Virus record (IMG/VR): IMGVR_UViG_3300036939_000074
Length of the DNA: 64,000 bases
Source: a virus
Strand: one strand, 5' to 3'
Shown here in pieces: positions 62,403-64,000 of the stretch. Position 1 is the stretch's first letter, and each line of letters begins with the position of its first letter. Below the pieces are notes generated by a model. The model saw nothing but the letters and a program-made list of their open reading frames with translations. It was not told where the DNA came from and did no database searches. Position numbers and translations under genes: made by a program.

Positions 62403-62720
62403 ATGAGCCTCCCGTCCTACTTTTACCGCTGTCCACCCGAACTCAACATCAATGCTCTTGAAGTGAAATTTCGGGTCATCAACTATGTGCAGACGGAAAA
62501 CTACCGCTTGATTGGATGGACCAGTGCGGCGGCAGCTGGAGAAATTCTTTATCGAGACAAAGTTTGCCTTACGGCAATTGTTGGCTCTATCGAGCTGATG
62601 CCAGCCGAAGTTGATGCGTCTGACCCTTGGAGTGATGCCTTTTCCTCCCCCCTAGGACTCTCCATGTCCACCATAAAATCGTTAAAATCACAGACACCGC
62701 AGGTGATCTACTCCCAATAA
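62403..62720 (+). CDS. Hypothetical protein
   Basis: 105-aa ORF in a tight operon. Confidence 0.55.
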   Translation: MSLPSYFYRCPPELNINALEVKFRVINYVQTENYRLIGWTSAAAAGEILYRDKVCLTAIVGSIELMPAEVDASDPWSDAFSSPLGLSMSTIKSLKSQTPQVIYSQ

Positions 62721-62722
62721 TC

Positions 62723-63196
62723 ATGCCAACTAATCATCAATCGCCCATCCCCTACACCTATCGAGCAAAAGTTAAGAAAATAAAAGACGGAGACACAATT
62801 GATGTAGACGTTGACCTCCCATCTCGGTTTGGAGATATGCAAGCGCCTACGGATGAGAGAGGATTATGCGATTATGGGTTTGGGGTTTGGTCAATTCCCA
62901 ATTTGCCCTTTTTGTGGTTCGTGAATATCACCATTCGGCTAGATAAAATCAACACGTCTGAATTAGATGGAGCAGACCAAGAAGCCGCCATAAAAGCCAA
63001 AAACCGACTCGAAGCTTTAATTGGGGGAGAAGAAATCTTCTTAGAAACCATAAGAGCCAAGAGAGCCACAACCAAACGTCAAACCATTCAAGATAAGAAT
63101 GGGCGATATCTGGGAATCATTTATTACAAAGGTGTAAACATAAATCAGCAAATGCTAGAGGAGGGCTATGCCAAACCCTATAACAGGCGTTCTTGA
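62723..63196 (+). CDS. Thermonuclease (SNase-like) family protein
   Basis: VKKIKDGDTIDV, IRLDKINTSEL, DKNGRYLG, INQQMLEEGYA. Confidence 0.9.
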   Translation: MPTNHQSPIPYTYRAKVKKIKDGDTIDVDVDLPSRFGDMQAPTDERGLCDYGFGVWSIPNLPFLWFVNITIRLDKINTSELDGADQEAAIKAKNRLEALIGGEEIFLETIRAKRATTKRQTIQDKNGRYLGIIYYKGVNINQQMLEEGYAKPYNRRS

Positions 63197-63641
63197 GCAA
63201 GAAACAATTAAACTTTTTACCATTGGGTTTGTCCAGAAAACAGCGCGAGAGTTCTTTGAAATCCTAACCGAGGCGAATATCAAACGAGTTATTGATATTC
63301 GCCTGAATAACCAGTCACAATTGGCTGGTTTTACCAAGCGCAATGATTTGGAATTTTTCTTAGAAAAAATAGCTGGGATCAGTTATACCCACAACCTAAA
63401 CTTGGCACCCACCAAGCAGATACTGGAGACATACAAAAAGAACGGTCACAACTGGGCACTTTACGAGCGAGAATTCTTGCAGCTCATTAACAATCGCAAA
63501 ATTGAAACTCTCATTACACCTGACGAGTTAAAAGACAGCTGCTTGCTTTGTAGTGAAGTGGCTCCCACAAACTGCCATCGGCGATTGGTAGCTGAGTATT
63601 TGTACAAGAAAATGCCCAATCTCAACATTCAACATCTCTAA
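63168..63641 (+). CDS. DUF488 family protein
   Basis: LFTIGF...VIDIRL..SQLAGF...LAPT...CLLCSE..PT-CHRRLVAEYL. Confidence 0.85.
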   Translation: MPNPITGVLEQETIKLFTIGFVQKTAREFFEILTEANIKRVIDIRLNNQSQLAGFTKRNDLEFFLEKIAGISYTHNLNLAPTKQILETYKKNGHNWALYEREFLQLINNRKIETLITPDELKDSCLLCSEVAPTNCHRRLVAEYLYKKMPNLNIQHL

Positions 63642-63646
63642 AGACC

Positions 63647-64000
63647 ATGCCAGCAGAGGCTAACCGAAAAATTATCGTCCGAACAAAGGTCGGCAGCCTA
63701 GAACTATCCAGCTTGGAAGGGAAGATTCTGGGTAACCCGTGGGTGCTTTTAAGTACCGAGCAACAGAGTCAAGCTGGCATTGTATTTTTGGATGAATTTG
63801 ATTTATTGCGTCCCCAAATACCGGAAGGCTCAGAGCTGGAGGTTGAAGTGATCATTACAGGAGCCAGTCCAACCCAGGAATACAAACGCAATATCTTCAA
63901 AGGGGTGATTGACCACGTATCCCGGGTGCTTCCCAACGGCTGTGAAGTGCTTGCTATTGACATGAGCCAAAAGCTAGCCGGGGATGTATCGCCTCAAGTC
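63647..64000 (+). CDS. Possible baseplate hub / late-control-D-like protein, N-terminal part
   Basis: My translation: MPAEANRKIIVRTKVG...NIFKGVIDHVSRVLPNGCEVLAIDMSQKLAG, open to the edge. Confidence 0.45.
   Translation, partial: MPAEANRKIIVRTKVGSLELSSLEGKILGNPWVLLSTEQQSQAGIVFLDEFDLLRPQIPEGSELEVEVIITGASPTQEYKRNIFKGVIDHVSRVLPNGCEVLAIDMSQKLAGDVSPQV

Larger units (their letters stand above)
1..64000. mobile_element. Cyanobacterial contractile-tailed phage / phage-plasmid (partial)
   Basis: Sheath, tube, capsid, prohead protease, ParA/ParB, primase-helicase and DarB-like genes; no host housekeeping operon; about 30 HIP1 sites. Confidence 0.85.

Noticed and set aside
1-64000. tRNA, rRNA, integrase, transposase or diversity-generating retroelement
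   Set aside because: No cloverleaf, recombinase, DDE or reverse-transcriptase motifs seen by eye; paralog differences are not adenine-specific as far as I could judge

Overview
The whole window reads as part of a large cyanobacterial temperate phage that probably persists as a plasmid (phage-plasmid). I counted about 30 HIP1 octamers (GCGATCGC) by eye, versus about 1 expected by chance. Structural genes: contractile-tail sheath and partial tube at the left edge; major capsid, prohead protease/scaffold, tail-completion and baseplate-hub-like genes at the right edge. Maintenance genes: parA-X-parB and a 1137-aa primase/helicase. There is also a DarB-like methylase-helicase. No integrase, transposase, portal or terminase was recognised. 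About 50 kb of accessory genes lie between the structural blocks, rich in paralog families and sigma70-type promoter/terminator cassettes. Most notable: (1) a solitary Cas10d (type I-D) homolog lacking its HD nuclease, in an operon with a minimal GNAT and followed by degenerate CRISPR-repeat-like sequence; (2) an AccB/BCCP homolog missing exactly the AMK biotinylation motif; (3) an orphan DndE flanked by two apparently degenerate methyltransferase-like genes, plus an orphan HicB; (4) four dispersed genes sharing an N-terminal leader fused to unrelated C-termini, with a [ILV]-x-A-[AS] motif also found in the capsid and protease/scaffold (candidate head-packaged payloads); (5) seven intergenic copies of the palindrome GCGCACTAAGTGCGC. 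All family calls come from remembered motifs, not database searches, and need HMM confirmation.
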